Origin: Orbicella franksi
Lineage: Eukaryota
Direction: 5' to 3'
Length of the DNA: 64,000 bases
Assembly: GCA_964199315.1 (NCBI GenBank)
Contig: OZ116705.1
Location: 24,056,001-24,120,000 of the forward strand
This document shows, piece after piece, positions 1-13,295 of the stretch. Positions within the stretch are counted from its first letter, which is position 1, and every line of letters begins with the position of its first letter. Position numbers and translations under genes: made by a program. The notes beneath the pieces are model-generated. The model did no database searches, was not told the origin of the DNA, and saw only the letters and a program-made list of their open reading frames with translations.

Positions 1-1031
1 GGACTACCTGCCACCAAACTATCAAGGAAAATTGCTTATGTGCTATAGTTCTTAATGCCAACTTGACACTAACGAATTACAGTTGGCGTTCTGTCTGTAA
101 AAGACCCAAAACTTCCAGCCTAAAATGGGTCAAGTCGTTGCAAATCATCGAACGGAGAGAACTACCCTAGTGTAAAGATACGCCCCTTTGTGCATGAATT
201 TGTAAAGTGACTGCAATTACCTTGCAACACTTTCACAGCAACCACCTGGCATGGCTCCTCTGGCTTCAGTATTTTTTCAGTGTCAAATACTTCTATCCCA
301 ACTCGTCTTTTTAGACTTGCTTTGTAAACCACACCAAACGCTCCTCGGCCCAGCTCTTCCCCGTATTCTATTTGCCCTGGAAGGAGTTCCCACTTGTCAA
401 GTGGGATAATTTCGCGAGCTGAACGTGATGGTCTGTGGAAGATGGGAAAATAGTTTAGTCACCAAAACATGTACAGTTCATATCATGGACTAGTAATAGT
501 ATAGGACACTTTGTTACTTTAATTGCTCGTCACTGGTCTAATCAGAGGTGATGGAAAGCAACCATTCTGTGTATAAGTTCCAAAATTCATGATAAGCTTT
601 CCAATGGTAAATACTGTAGCTATGCACACACTAGTAAAGCTATTCCCAGCCTCCGAGCGTGAATCCTTGCTCGTCTCGATGACGTGTAAGTCCCTTCTAG
701 GTTACCTTTTGACCTAGCCTCGAGCAGGCGTTCATTTTTCGCTCGTTTGCCCGGAAAAGCAACGCCCGACCGCAGATTAGGTTCGCCTGGCACCTAGGCG
801 ACCCTATTTATACCACAAGGTGGCGGAAATCATTCCAAAATTAGATGATGTGCTTAGGAACACAGCTCAGTGACCCTTGGAGAACGCTCCAACCTGGGCC
901 ATTAGGTCTAGAGTTTTACGCATACATCAGGCCAATCCGTCTCTAAACAGTTTGCTTAACATTTCATATCCCTTCCAGCTCTGAAAAACACAGTTCAAGG
1001 TTCAACTATGATTATTTGTCTTGTGGTCAGT

Positions 1032-1265
1032 AAGGTAAAGGTCAAGTCTGCATACCGGCGAAGTGGCCCCTCTGGCCGGAGCTCGTCCCGGTTCTGTAGC
1101 ATGACGCGACTAGGTTTATTTTTACGCCCCCCTAGATGGGATGCTAGTCCATCACAGAGTTAACTCCAACATTAAATTCCCGGTACCCAGTTATACACCT
1201 GGGTGAAGAGGGGCACTGTGAGAGTAAAGTGTCTTTCCCAAGCACACAGCACAATGACCCCGGTC
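1032..1265 (-). mobile_element. tRNA-derived SINE of the Deu/Nin-domain (Nin-DC-SINE-like) family, 5'-truncated
   Basis: The reverse complement contains cttgggaaagacactttactctcacagtgcccctcttcacccaggtgtataactgggtaccggg, the conserved central domain. It is co-linear with the plus-strand copy at 59794-60072. Confidence 0.75.
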
Positions 1266-1682
1266 ACCATGAGGCCATGAAAGTGGGGCTATTCTTCGCG
1301 CTTAAGATTATAAATTTAAGCAAATAAGAAGCTTTAAGTAGGGAAAGTATATAAGCCTCGCATGTCAAAGCAATGCCTGCTTGGAACGGAACCGCGGTGT
1401 ATTGTACCACTTCCACGATGTTACGCAATATTTAATTTTTCGTATTCTTAATAGAAGAAAAAAAAAAGCTACCGCATCGATCGATTTACAGGGCTGAAGT
1501 TAGAAAATAAGCTCAGTTTCATAAGAATTCGTCGCAAGCACATAAAAATCCGGGAACCCTAACTTGCCAAGTTTTCAAACGAAATCATGCCAGGAGGCAA
1601 GCGTTGTTCCCTGATGCACCGTTCTTTGTAAAATATGGCAATTTTGGGGTCCCATATTTCCATGCGTTTGCAGCGATTCTTA

Positions 1683-4600
1683 TTATATTTGGCTGATAAA
1701 TCTGATGGTAAGGTTTTTGTTGTTGTTGTTGTTTAAATTCAAAAAAATAAAAAAATAAATAAAATGGAAAAGTGTGACTTTGTCGAAGTGTTCCGTTACA
1801 ACGTCCATTCATGTAGTTTCTAGCCGCTCCCGTTTAGAATAACCAATAAACGTTTACGTTTCATGGTAAGGAGTAAACAGTGAATAACTGACCTTTTCAC
1901 TGGCTTCGGATGAAATCGTCTGTAGCACCATAAGCTTAGAATGAAACAAAGCACCAGAAACAGAACGATGGCAATGCCAGAGGCGATGTAAATTATTGGT
2001 TGAACAACTGACCGTATAACAGTTACTGCAAAAAGCATAGTAAACTCAGTGTTAGTAATGGGCTATACTGGAAAAGTACTGGCTAACCAAAATTCCGAAG
2101 GCAGCCAAAATTCAGTTGAAGGAAGCTTTAGGCCTTATTTTGATCTTTATTTTGTTTGAACAAGCAAGTCTACCAAAAGCGAGTGCAACTGTCGATGCAC
2201 ATTTTACATTGTGTTTCAATATATAATCTGTTCAGACTATCAAATATATATCTGAACAGAAAGATTAAAGTGATTTCTAACTCAGATATCGTCGCCATTC
2301 CATGTTACCGACCTCAAAGGAAATAGTGAGCCGTACATGTCAGGTTTCACTATCAGTCATAACTCTAATACTAAGGAAGTTTTACCCCCCCCCCCCCCCG
2401 CCACTGAAGCAAACCGATCCCACAGGCCCCAAACAAGATTCGCCATGCACAACGCCTACGTCAATTTTTGGCTGATCAGATCTTTTACAGGTCCTACTTA
2501 TACTAGCAGCATTTCCATTCGTGATCCCTTGCTATATTTACGGTCTACACCCTTTTAGCAGCTTCTTTATGTTCCCACTTACCAGAACGAGCCAGAGTAA
2601 AAACTAACAGATATCCTCTTCTCTGTATATCGTCGTCTGAGTGAAATATTATTCGTACTTGGTCCCCAGTTACAAGAACATTTTCGCCAGTCTTGTTCCC
2701 ACAATACACACCAAATGTTTTGTCCATTCCGTCGGTAATCCGCAAGTAGTCTTTGCTGAAAAGAAAGAAAAACTGAGCTAAATAATGTTATGCACCATCT
2801 GAAAAACTTGTAACCCTAATGAAAAATACCGAAAAATACAATTTGAATTTTATAAAATGTATATACCCGAGCGTTGGTCATTTTGTTTCACTCCGTATGA
2901 AGTCACTTTTCAGGCACACATATAGCACGATCATACTGGCATAGAAAGGTGTAAGAAGGTCTTATATTTTGACCTTATATGGTCAATCAAATATTATGCT
3001 TGATCTTATATGCATGATCAAATGGCGTAATAATTAAATGCTCGATGTTTTGAAATATGTTCATGACATTTTGAAATAAAACAATTCAAGAGCATTTGCT
3101 AATAAAGCTCGAAACAGCTCATTAGGCTATGACTGCATTTGACACTTGAATCCTAACAAATCCAGTCCAAATGCATAGATCCAGAATAGGTAGAATCTCA
3201 CCAAAAGCGTAATGCCATTGCATGATGCAAAGCTACATATTGGATAAATGTACCTAATTAACTCTATACTCGCATTTGTATCACTTACTTGCAATATGGA
3301 GTGTATTCCACGTCAAAATCGTGAAAGAAAATGTTCATCGACCAGCCTTCTGGGATAGGATACATTGAAGTATTGTCAAAATTCCTTGTGTAGCTCTCGG
3401 GATATCCCTCACTGGTCATTACGTCGAATATATCTGGGCCAGACGCTGTTAATACCAAGGTAGTTTTTTTTTGTTTTAGTTTCATCTAGGTTACAATGGT
3501 GTCATCCAAAGAATTGTTTTCAAACATGTCCAATGTGCACAAACAGATACGTTTCGTCAAAAGACTCTAACCAATAGTACCACTGGTAAATGATCATGTT
3601 TCGTCAAAGAACCCTTACGATTCGTACAATTGGTACGAATGGAAAGCTCCTCAGTCGATTGGTATACAATTCAGTGGTAAAGTGCTCCTCATTAACACTT
3701 GAGAACCATACGAAAGCGATTTGTCAATTGGCACCAACGGCACCATTGTCACAAATGGAAAAGTAGCCAGTCACTTGGCATCCATCGGTTACCATTTGTA
3801 AACTGCTTTAGCTTATATCAACAACTGAAAGTAGCGCAAAAAGCTTTTGTCGATTGGTAGCATTGGTAGCATTGGTTCCATTGATACAAATGAAAAAACA
3901 GGCAGCCAATCGGTAAACCAACTGCATAAAGCGTGAAAAAAAATTATAATTTTCCATAATTAGATTCATTTCACTAATGGAATACCAGTGGTTGAGTGGG
4001 CAACCCATTGGTACGAGCGGAAGAGACCCCAACTCAGTCTGGGGTTGCTGGAAAACTTCCTAAGCACCCATAATACGATGCAATATCACTGATGGTATAC
4101 CAACTGATTTTCAACTAAAGCCGATAGTGGAATTAAATATCACCATGCCCAGACTATTGCCACAGAAAAATATTCTAAGTGTCCTTAACGAGATATATAT
4201 TTTACGAAAGGAAACCCAATCGATCGTCGACTCAGTCCATTGGGCTAGCTCTGTCTGTTTGTGTGCACTGGACAACCTTCATTTTTTTTTTTTGGAGAAT
4301 ATACATTATATCCACTGACAAAGTTTTTAAGTTAAACTCTTTCAAGATTTGGCATGACTTGAAACCCAATTTAACATGACTTGAAAGATGAGAATTTTTG
4401 ATTTCTTTTTTGGGCTGTCATAAATAAAGTTGCATGTAACAGAGTATGGAATAAGCTGGAACAACTGTTTCCATGGAAGTGTTCAAGGCTAGAACATCAA
4501 GCTTTTTATAAACTAGTTTTTAACAGACGCTTTCTGGACAAATCTCACGGTGCTTCTCTCCGCCTAAGAGTACACAGTGTCTCTTCAGGCTTACTTGGAG

Positions 4601-7600
4601 GTGATTCTCAGACACTGTTCATGACAACAAAAGAGATAAGCTTGGCCAGGAAAAAAAACAAACAAACAAAAAAACATCTTACTTGGGAAGCTAACTCGGA
4701 GTTCTCCCATTTCAGTTCCATACTGGTTGATTGCCTGACAGGTGTAGTTTCCTTCCTCGTACAAACGGATGGTTGCGGTGTTTGTTGTATTCGTCAGTAC
4801 TGTAGAGTTCCGTATCAGTGTTGTGTATATGGGAGGAGTTCCTCTGGCTGAACATGACAGAATGCCTCCTTGTGTTGCTAACAAGGCAGCTGGAAATGCT
4901 ATCGCCGGTAGAACTGATGGTTAGAAATGAAAACCTGTTACCCTTAATGTTAAAGAGAGTACATCTTGCTGTTTAAGATGCATAGATTAAGTCAAAATTT
5001 GACGTAGGAAGGCCCACTGATATACATCTGGAGTGTGGTCACGTTACGAGCTCATAAAATCCAGTAACGTCATATAAACAATGGAGTTATAAAATGTGAC
5101 CTTTCGTGATCCTCGCAATAGATTGCAACTTAAAAAACTTTTTTGTCTCAGCTCTTGCTTAAAAGCAGCAATGAGGTAGAAAAGAAACCTGAGGTAATTT
5201 CTTCTCTTTCGAAGCTCTTTCAAAACAAAGTCCTAAGAGGTGATAAAAAAAATTGCCTCTAAACTGAGTGTTTGTTTGTTTGATCAGGCTTGCCTACTCT
5301 CCGGATTTCCGACACTATTGATCATTTTTATTATCCGCTCACGGAAAGCTGTTTTGCAAGACCGAATCTCAAAATGCGTGTCTGTTGCCTCTTGCAGGGG
5401 GTTAGTGTTTCAGTAAGGGATTCACCGGAGGCAAAGGATAATGAGTTACCAATTTCGGGGTACAATCTATTTTTGTCAAAGTGCCTCTTTTATACATACC
5501 TTGTCTTATGGCTGTTTGTATCTCGGCTTCATTCAGTGCAACATCGTAAACTTTCATTTCCGCGATTTTCCCTTTGAAATATGGATCATTGGTACCTGTA
5601 ACCCCCATTCGAATTCTGTTGCCTTCAGTAGAAATTTGATAACCTGCAGAAATGTTCTTCGAGATACTTAAATGTCCATTGATATACAACGAGATATTTC
5701 CGGGGCCAGAATTGTAAGTTGCTGCAACTTGGGCCCACACTCCTGTTGTGAGAACCTCAACGGCTGATGTTTTTATTTCAAACAATAGATTATTGCCTCT
5801 GGTGGTGATTATACTGAAGAATTTCTGTTCGTCAATCCCTATAAGGACTCCATTATTGTATCCCCCGTAGCTGAATAGTGGTCCATCTTGGCCTCTGGGT
5901 TGCACCCAGCACATCAGTGTGATTGACGAACGAGTGTCCAGGCCCCCTCTATTCGGAAACTCGATGTAGCTGGCGAGGGTGCCAAAAAACATGTACGCTC
6001 CGCCTGGGTCGCTGTAGGGTCCTTTTGTTATCGCAACATCCCCCAGGATTCCCTCTGGCTGCCTGTCGTATTTTTCTGCTGCTCTGTAGCGTGAATTCAA
6101 AGGGTAGAAGGCGACTGGTTCTGGCAAAGCTAAGTGTAAAACAACAGTATTGACATCATCACACATGGCAAACAAATACGCTGGGCTGTCTGTTATATTC
6201 GCCCTTTTTAGAGTTGCCATTCAGGGTTGAAAGCGAGGAGCAAAATATACTCGTGTGGACTCAAATTTAGGCAGCCTCAAAGTATTCAAGAACCACTTAA
6301 CGACTAGCTCTAACGGAAACAGCGAGTTATATTTCGAAGAGAACCCCTCCCCCCTTGAGTTAAGGGTAACAGGGGCATGACGATGATACACTACCAAACA
6401 CTTTCCCATTATTGGACGAGAACGAATCACATTACTTGCTTCTAAACTGACTCTGGCTAGCAATATTGGAATAAAACAAATGTTCAAACTTTAGCAAACT
6501 ATTGGTGAAGGATTTTATCAAGTTACTATGGCAACTGTATGGCCTGTTTAAAACCCTCTTGTTCCAGCTTTGAGGTGGCTGGCAACAGTTTCCAGCACTT
6601 TCCAACACGTCTGTCTAGGGGGTTCATAGCCACCTTGAAAAACCATTGAACATAAAGTTCACCGTAGAGGTTCCACTTTTGCGATTTACGGGAAAGCTCT
6701 GACTGATACGTAATCGTGCCTTCCGCGAAGTGTAGCGACCAAGTCATGCTACGTTAATTACAAATACTGCAAACAGAAAAGGGTACTTACTGTATGGAAC
6801 AGCAGCGAAATGTATCAGATATCCTCTGCTTTCGACATTGTGGTCTGAGTGGAATTTTATCAACACCTGATCGCCAGTTAAAGAAACGTCCCTTCCAGTC
6901 AGCTGACCACAATATTTACCAATTATTTTTCCTTCATCGTTGATAATCTCTAAATAGTCATATCTGCGAGAAAAGTTAACATTCTATAAAAGTCATAAAA
7001 GAAGGATACTCTAAAATGTGTGACAATTCTAGGTTATTATATAACTTGTTTTGAAGGGCACATAACTAGAATTAGCAAATCGTATTTTTCAGTTCCTAGT
7101 CCATTAAATTCAAAGCATTGCACTTGATATCTGTCCCGAATGGTCGCCCACCAACACTGGTTGTCTTGTAGTTTTAAATTTTTCTGTTTTAAAAGAACTA
7201 ATTGGCTCTTATAAAGTCAGAAGAAAGATTCTTTTTTTTTTCCGGAGACCTTTCCCGTTGTTTAATGACACAACTTGGACTTGGCCTTTTTTTGTGTGGA
7301 CTAATAAGACATCCAAACTTATGTCGGATGTAAAGGATATTACACGGCAGCGCCAGGTTATGAATCTTATTTTTGAGTTGCAAAAACGATATCTTAAGAA
7401 CGAGCGTAGCGAGTGATGCTTGTAATCATTTACAATGGAACTTTTTAAATGACTATGTTAGCAGTTTATTCATTAAATAAGTAATAAATACAGTAATAAA
7501 TACAGTTTATTCGTTAAATAACTTAACTGATTTTGTCGTGGTCAATAGATAACACGTATATAAGATTAAAGTCACAGCTATGTACTTTACCCGCATCGTG

Positions 7601-10502
7601 GATTATCCTCCAAAACAAAATACGTAAAGGATATCTTCATCGTCAGGTTATGTGGAATAGGCACCGTATAATTGCAGTCTATATCGTTTGGGGAGTAGGC
7701 AGGATAACCCGGACTTTTCAGTGTGTTATTAATCACCGAACCACAACCTGTATAAGGAAAGGTATATATGTCTAGGAAAACACATCGCAGGATAGATATA
7801 TGCATAGGATAACACGCACCACACAATAGACCATTAAGTTGGAACAGGAGCCATAATCGGGGACGGAGACCGTAAGCGCGCGCCATTTCAAGTATTGGCG
7901 CTGTCTCCATGATATGGGACAATAATTCTATTTTTAGAACAAATTGCGCCATCGCCTACGGCACACGCGCGTACATGCTGCGAGGATTTTTGCGGATGTC
8001 GCGCGGGGGAAATGGCGTCCGAAATTCCCGAAATTGTTCATGTTTTTGGCCCACAGCTCAACCCGTTTACGTCTGTTGGAATTTCGCTTAAGTATTTTCG
8101 TCGTAAGCTGCTCCAGTTTGAATGAAGTAAGGCAGTGTCGAATTTAGGTATGTTCCGCTGTAAGCTTATATATATCGCTGACCAAGTTGTGTTCCGACGG
8201 ATGCTTCTTTTACATGAGCTATACATTACTCCACTTTAAATTTCACATATGTTGAAGATTAACAGCTTTTCCATTACACAGTAAAAAACTAGCTGGATAT
8301 ATTTAGATATAGCAGAGTTTCAGGACTTCATAGTTTCCTAGCTCCTCTTGCCACACGCTTGCGAGGAATTTGTCAGTCTATCGCGACCGAAAAGTAAAAC
8401 AAAATAATTGCTAGTTTGAGTTTCGCTTGAATTGTAAGCAACGCTTGATGTTTCATCAAGGCCCAATAACTTTACGTCCGTAGACACTGCTCAGTTTTAT
8501 TCGTGCAAAAATCCAATAAATTCTCTGTTGTCGATGAATGAGAGCGCCCGCCGATGCGTGTTTTGTACAGTCAGTAAACATGACAAATTGTACTTCCGCC
8601 GCACTTTCGTGTGAAAGCGTACATCGAACTCAAACAATAACTATAGCTTTTAAATATGTTTAAGATTGATAAATGTTTGAGAACATATTAAAAGCTAAGC
8701 TGAAAATTTGTGAATAAAGCAGAAATAATCAGCAAAGTTACGATGACGCTTTCTTTAATCAACTTGGAATAACGATTTCGATTTTGTTCATCGAGTTTAT
8801 ATCAAAACTCCTTGTCTATTTTCATTTTCGCAGCGTAAAACTTCACTATACTTATGTTGAAGAAACACACATGATGTTAGTAGCCTTCTTTGCGTTCGTG
8901 AAATTTGTTACAGCATCTCAGCACAAAAGATAACGAAAGAAATCTTTGTCAAGATTTGTTGACAATTGAAAGCACCGACTCGGACTTGAAAGTGCACGAG
9001 CTGCACTATGCAAATGAACTAATTGTACGCGTCAGACATTCCTTTCAAAAACTTTTGCAAACTCACCAAACAATGCAAGCAGAAACAATAAGAAACCATC
9101 AAAACATTTTTTGGTTATGATGAACCATTGTCTGAGAAACTCACAAATTAACTCGATACCAGAGTAGAAAGTTTTCTTGCTATATTCTTAAGTCAGAACA
9201 AACACAAAAACATACGCGTAAGCTTACAACTAGCGTGAGCAGATCTTATTATTCCGTTCCTAGCGCGAGATTGAAGTCTTGTTTTCGACCCAGAAAAACC
9301 CACCTTTTCCGTTAGCTCAGAGCATAAAACTACATATAAGCGCCCTGGCTCGTATTCCCTGCCTTATTCCTTGCCATCGCTGTGAAAAATACGCAAGAGA
9401 ATCTCTCAACTCTCACCATTTGATCACGCAACGTGACAACATCCACGCGAGAGCCCCCGACATGTGCGTGAATCCGCGCGGATATATGACGTCAGGATGG
9501 CGCAATTTGTTCTAGAAATAGAAAAATTGTCCCATATCATAGGTGCGCGCGAATCCCGAGACTTACGGTCTCCGTCCCCGATTATGGCTCCTGGTTGGAA
9601 TAGCTACCAACAATTTGGTTGTCTTTCAAGTGGAAGATCTTAGGTAACCGTTTTGGGAGCCCCCCCCCCCCCCCCTACCCCCCGCTCCTTTTATTTCACA
9701 ACGGCAAATATTGTGTTTTTGATCCACCTTACTTTAAGAAGGGCCAGACAATTTTGGGTCCCTAACGTATAAAGAGGTCTGAATATGCCACTGTTGCGAT
9801 GGCTTTATTGTAAAGTCTTTCGAATACGCAAAATAATAATTGTTTGTACCTTTAATAGCAACTCAAGAGGTAGGGACGGCGGAGCCGGGGGCAAAAGGAA
9901 GGGCAAAAACTAAACAAAATAATTTTACAAATGCCTTCAGACCCCCTACAAGTTAGCGCCTCTGGCGCTGGCTTGTAAGAACCCCCCCCCCCCCCCCCCT
10001 TCATTAAAAGTACGCTCCGCCATCCCTGCGAGAGCATACAAAAACGCGAAATCGAGTATTGCTAATTTTTTTTTATGTACTTGTTATTTGACAATTTCCA
10101 GTGGCGGTAGCGCTTGTTTTTAGCCAAATTTCATAACCTTCTTCGTATTTTCTGGTACAACGTCTTTTTCTATTCTTAGGATTTCCGATTCAGAAACGCG
10201 AATTTACATTTTATTTGTGCTTGCATCACTCATTATTTCCTCGGCAGGAGGTAAATAATGTTCATCAGCCAGAGACAATTAACCAGTCAGATTGTTTGAA
10301 ATACCAAGATCACAAAGTGTGTATATACTAACTATGAATGTTCTTATTAAATACTCGTCAAACTTCTGTTACGATTTTTACCATTAACCGCAACTAAAAC
10401 AGTTAGAAAATCTGACCTATCACCAAAATATTTTTGCTCACCTTGTGTTGCGTGGACACTTTCCTTACCATTCCACAGAAGCAAGAGCACTAAAGCGAGC
10501 AT
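1683..10502 (-). CDS. Single-pass membrane protein: signal peptide-CUB-LamG/ConA-like-Ig-CUB-TM (multi-exon)
   Basis: Frame-compatible GT/AG exons: 10469-10502 (MLALVLLLLWNG), 7591-7747 + 6791-6963 (CUB1: CGSVINNTLKSPGYP...C...RCGYDYLEI...YCG...FHSD...RGY), 5500-6120 (LamG-like: PVAFYPLN...SITLMCWVQP...WAQVAATYN...LYING...FKGKIAEMKVYDVAL), 4683-4913 (Ig: LSCSARGTPP...GNYTCQAIN), 3289-3445 + 2583-2755 (CUB2), 1893-2025 (TM IIYIASGIAIVLFLVLCFILSLWCY then RR). A putative last exon at 1683-1701 (RFISQI*) is low confidence, and the first exon is moderate confidence. Confidence 0.8.
3555..4130. repeat. Degenerate repeat rich in ACCATTGGTA-like motifs (intronic)
   Basis: Recurrent cattggta/ccaatgg/caattggta variants, e.g. 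cgattggtagcattggtagcattggttccattg at about 3851-3884. Confidence 0.5.
7845..9593. mobile_element. Non-autonomous TIR DNA transposon, 7-bp TSD, CAGG...CCTG ends (P-element-like)
   Basis: Perfect 32-bp TIR CAGGAGCCATAATCGGGGACGGAGACCGTAAG at both ends, with further imperfect inverted similarity inward. TSD GTTGGAA at 7838-7844 and 9594-9600. No intact transposase. The P assignment rests only on the CA...TG ends and 7-bp TSD. Confidence 0.85.
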
Positions 10503-12339
10503 TTTCTATGATGTAGAAGTATTTTCGTCAAACAGTCGGATTCTCTTTACAGCGTTGATCGCCATTTCTGCAGAGATATTATCATTGAAAACTTGAAATA
10601 TTTAGGCTATTATAAAATGCAAAATGTTGACTGTAAGGGGGACATGGAGGAGGTATACAGCATTACCCTGGAGAAAGAAAAATCACAAATGCAAAAGATA
10701 GGTAGAGTTGTTTGAATTTCATGTTAAAATGTTTATCTTTCTAACCATCTTTTTAAACCGTAATTTATAAATTTTTTTACAACTTTTCTCGCAATTAAAA
10801 AAGACATAAATTTCAGTTTAAAAAGATGTTTAGGAAGATGAACATTTTGGCATAAAATTCGAACCACTCTGTTATTTTCCATATACTTGTATACAAAGAT
10901 GCACTATTTAGGGGGGCACCCGACCAGTTTAGCTTCGTATAGCTACTGTGCTCTGCCGATTTTCCGTTTAAAAATATAAATGGTGTAAAGGTAAAAATAA
11001 AGATAAATTGTTGTTGCTGTTCCTATCTGATGAAGAGACCACATTGAGCCAAATGGTGAGAATTATTTTTTTGCGACCCATTTTGCAGACAACAAAATTT
11101 TTATATTTGTATCAGTAGTAATCATTGTTAAAAAAAGAAAAAAAGAAAAAAAGAAAAAAAACATTAAAAGTCATTAGGATTAAGCAATTTAGGAAAGTCC
11201 TCAATTGTCCCTGGTACTATTAATTTCGCGCATACCAGCGTTTAGTTTTATGCCATTTTAAATGAGTTGGAGATAGGAATTGGGGACGGTTGTTCCGTCT
11301 GTTTTCTCTAGTTTTTGAAAAACAAACAAAAAAAGAAACGCATCAACATGTATTTTACTCGCATAACACGAAAAAGACTGATTCCAATATGAATTTAGAA
11401 CTAGTTGCCCCAACGGGACTAGAATTTTTTAGCCTGTCTTAATAGAAAGGAAGTTGCTTGCCGACAAGCCGACACCTTTGCAGCATTTTTACTCTATTGG
11501 CATGTTAAAATGGAAATAAAGTCGATTTCTTATCCTTCGTAAAGACCAAGGCTAAGCAACGGCGTTTTTTTATTTAAAACGAACCGCTAGCTAATAGCAT
11601 TTGTGTTAAATAGGATGTCAATTAAGAGGTTAAACAACTCCACGAGGTTTTAAATGAACAAAAAAGTACACCTTCTCTTACAAAATGTTATTAATTTAAG
11701 GTACTTTATGTGGTTCTGTTACGGGCAGCTTTCAGCGCATTGCAATATTTACTTACCAGCAGAAGATTTTCTTGTCCCCTAAACAGCAAGTGAAACGGCC
11801 AAAAAGATCTTGATCTTATTGCCAGCCAATTTGAGTAACTTATCGCATGCTTAATTACCCGTCACGTATTTAAATTCAGAGCAGATGTCAGATTATTCTG
11901 GTTGATTATGTTGCTTTGCAGGTAATCATACTTCAGAGCAAACATAACTTAATCTTTGATGGCACAAATTAAAGCATGCCATGCCTTTAAAAGCAACACA
12001 AATTATTTCGAAAGATATCGTTGTTATTTTATTTTTATTTTATTTTTTTAATTTTACATCCCTTTGAATACTGCCTTTTTTGGCTTGTGGACATCTGTTA
12101 CACAACATGGCATTTTAGCATAACTTAGTACACATCGTTCAGAAGTCTTTTTAAGTCATTCTTTAAAATATTGAGCAGTGAGATTACTACGGTTTGATCT
12201 ACAAATCAGGAATCTAAATAAATGCTTTATTGTGTCGTTATTACAGTTAAAAAAGTTACTGGGGCGGCTTTCCCTCTTAATCACGCGACAGATGTGAAAA
12301 AACGTGATCATAAAATAATTTAAAGGACTTTTAATCTAT

Positions 12340-13295
12340 AGCATCTATAATCTAACAAAATTATGAAGGCCCATTGTAAACCATCTTTTGTCGTTGTTGT
12401 TGTTGTTCTTTTCTTGAGATCGTCCATGAAGACAATCTTTGTTACGCTGTAAAAGTTGCCCACCTAAGATTAACTTGAAAGATGCCATGATAAACGAGAA
12501 ATTCTGACTGGCAGACTGGCATATTTTAAACATCTTTCAATATTAACTTTCAAGTAATCAGATAAGATCTCAACAGAATTTTGAACAAACTCATGCATAT
12601 CTACATGTAGCTCGGGACTAATTGATGTTTGTTTTTGTATGGTTTGTTTGCCTCTGTTTTCAATTTTTAACTCAAAAAATTGCCTAGCAAGCGTCGAGGG
12701 AGGGAGCAGATTATGCAAATGACGTTCAATCAAAAGTATTCCCGAATTTTGCCAGGTGAGGCAAACAATACAAAAATCTCCTAGAAAACTATCCGGAAAA
12801 TCCGAAAATTATCGAATTTCCGACATGCGAACCGTGCAACCGAAAATTGCGCAAATGGAATGAGAAAATGGAACGAGAATTCCTGGGAAGAAATGCTCTT
12901 GAAAATTGGGTCATAGTTTTCCTGGTTGTTTTATTTTGTCTCTTCATCACGCACCAGATGAATCATGTACATGAGTACTTCAAATGAATTTTAATTCAAC
13001 ATCTATAATCTAACAAAATAATAAGCTATATATTGATGGAAACGATCCTCAATAGACTTTATTTATATTTTATTTATATTTATTTATATCTTTTATTATT
13101 ATTTTTTGTTTGTTATTTCCTTTGAGAAATAAATGTTCGTTTGGCTGTGAAAGTAGCCCGCCTAAGATGCCATGATAAACAAGAAATTCTGACCTACAGT
13201 TTAGCACTTTTTACACAGCTTTCAATTCACTTTCAGATAATCAGATAAAATCTCAACAAAAGTTTGAGCGACCTCGTGCAAAACTAAATGTAGCT
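12340..13295 (-). pseudogene. Two diverged tandem copies of a decayed coding-like segment
   Basis: About 12340-12615 and 13000-13295 share catctataatctaacaaaat and aagatgccatgataaac..gaaattctgac. Minus-strand translations: LHVDMHEFVQNSVEILSDYLKVN and LHLVLHEVAQTFVEILSDYLKVN*, with stops and frameshifts. Confidence 0.55.

Noticed and set aside
4914-4936. Upstream splice acceptor (taacag) for the Ig exon, implying a nonsense codon
   Set aside because: It gives an in-frame TAA, but a better acceptor (ttttcatttctaaccatcag, exon start 4913) keeps the frame, so the gene is not called a pseudogene.
11757-11820. Signal-peptide-like exon (KIKIFLAVSLAV*GTRKSSAG|gtaagt, minus strand)
   Set aside because: No in-frame ATG and an internal TAG. 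It may be a 5'-UTR exon or a 22-nt micro-exon, but this cannot be supported without transcripts.
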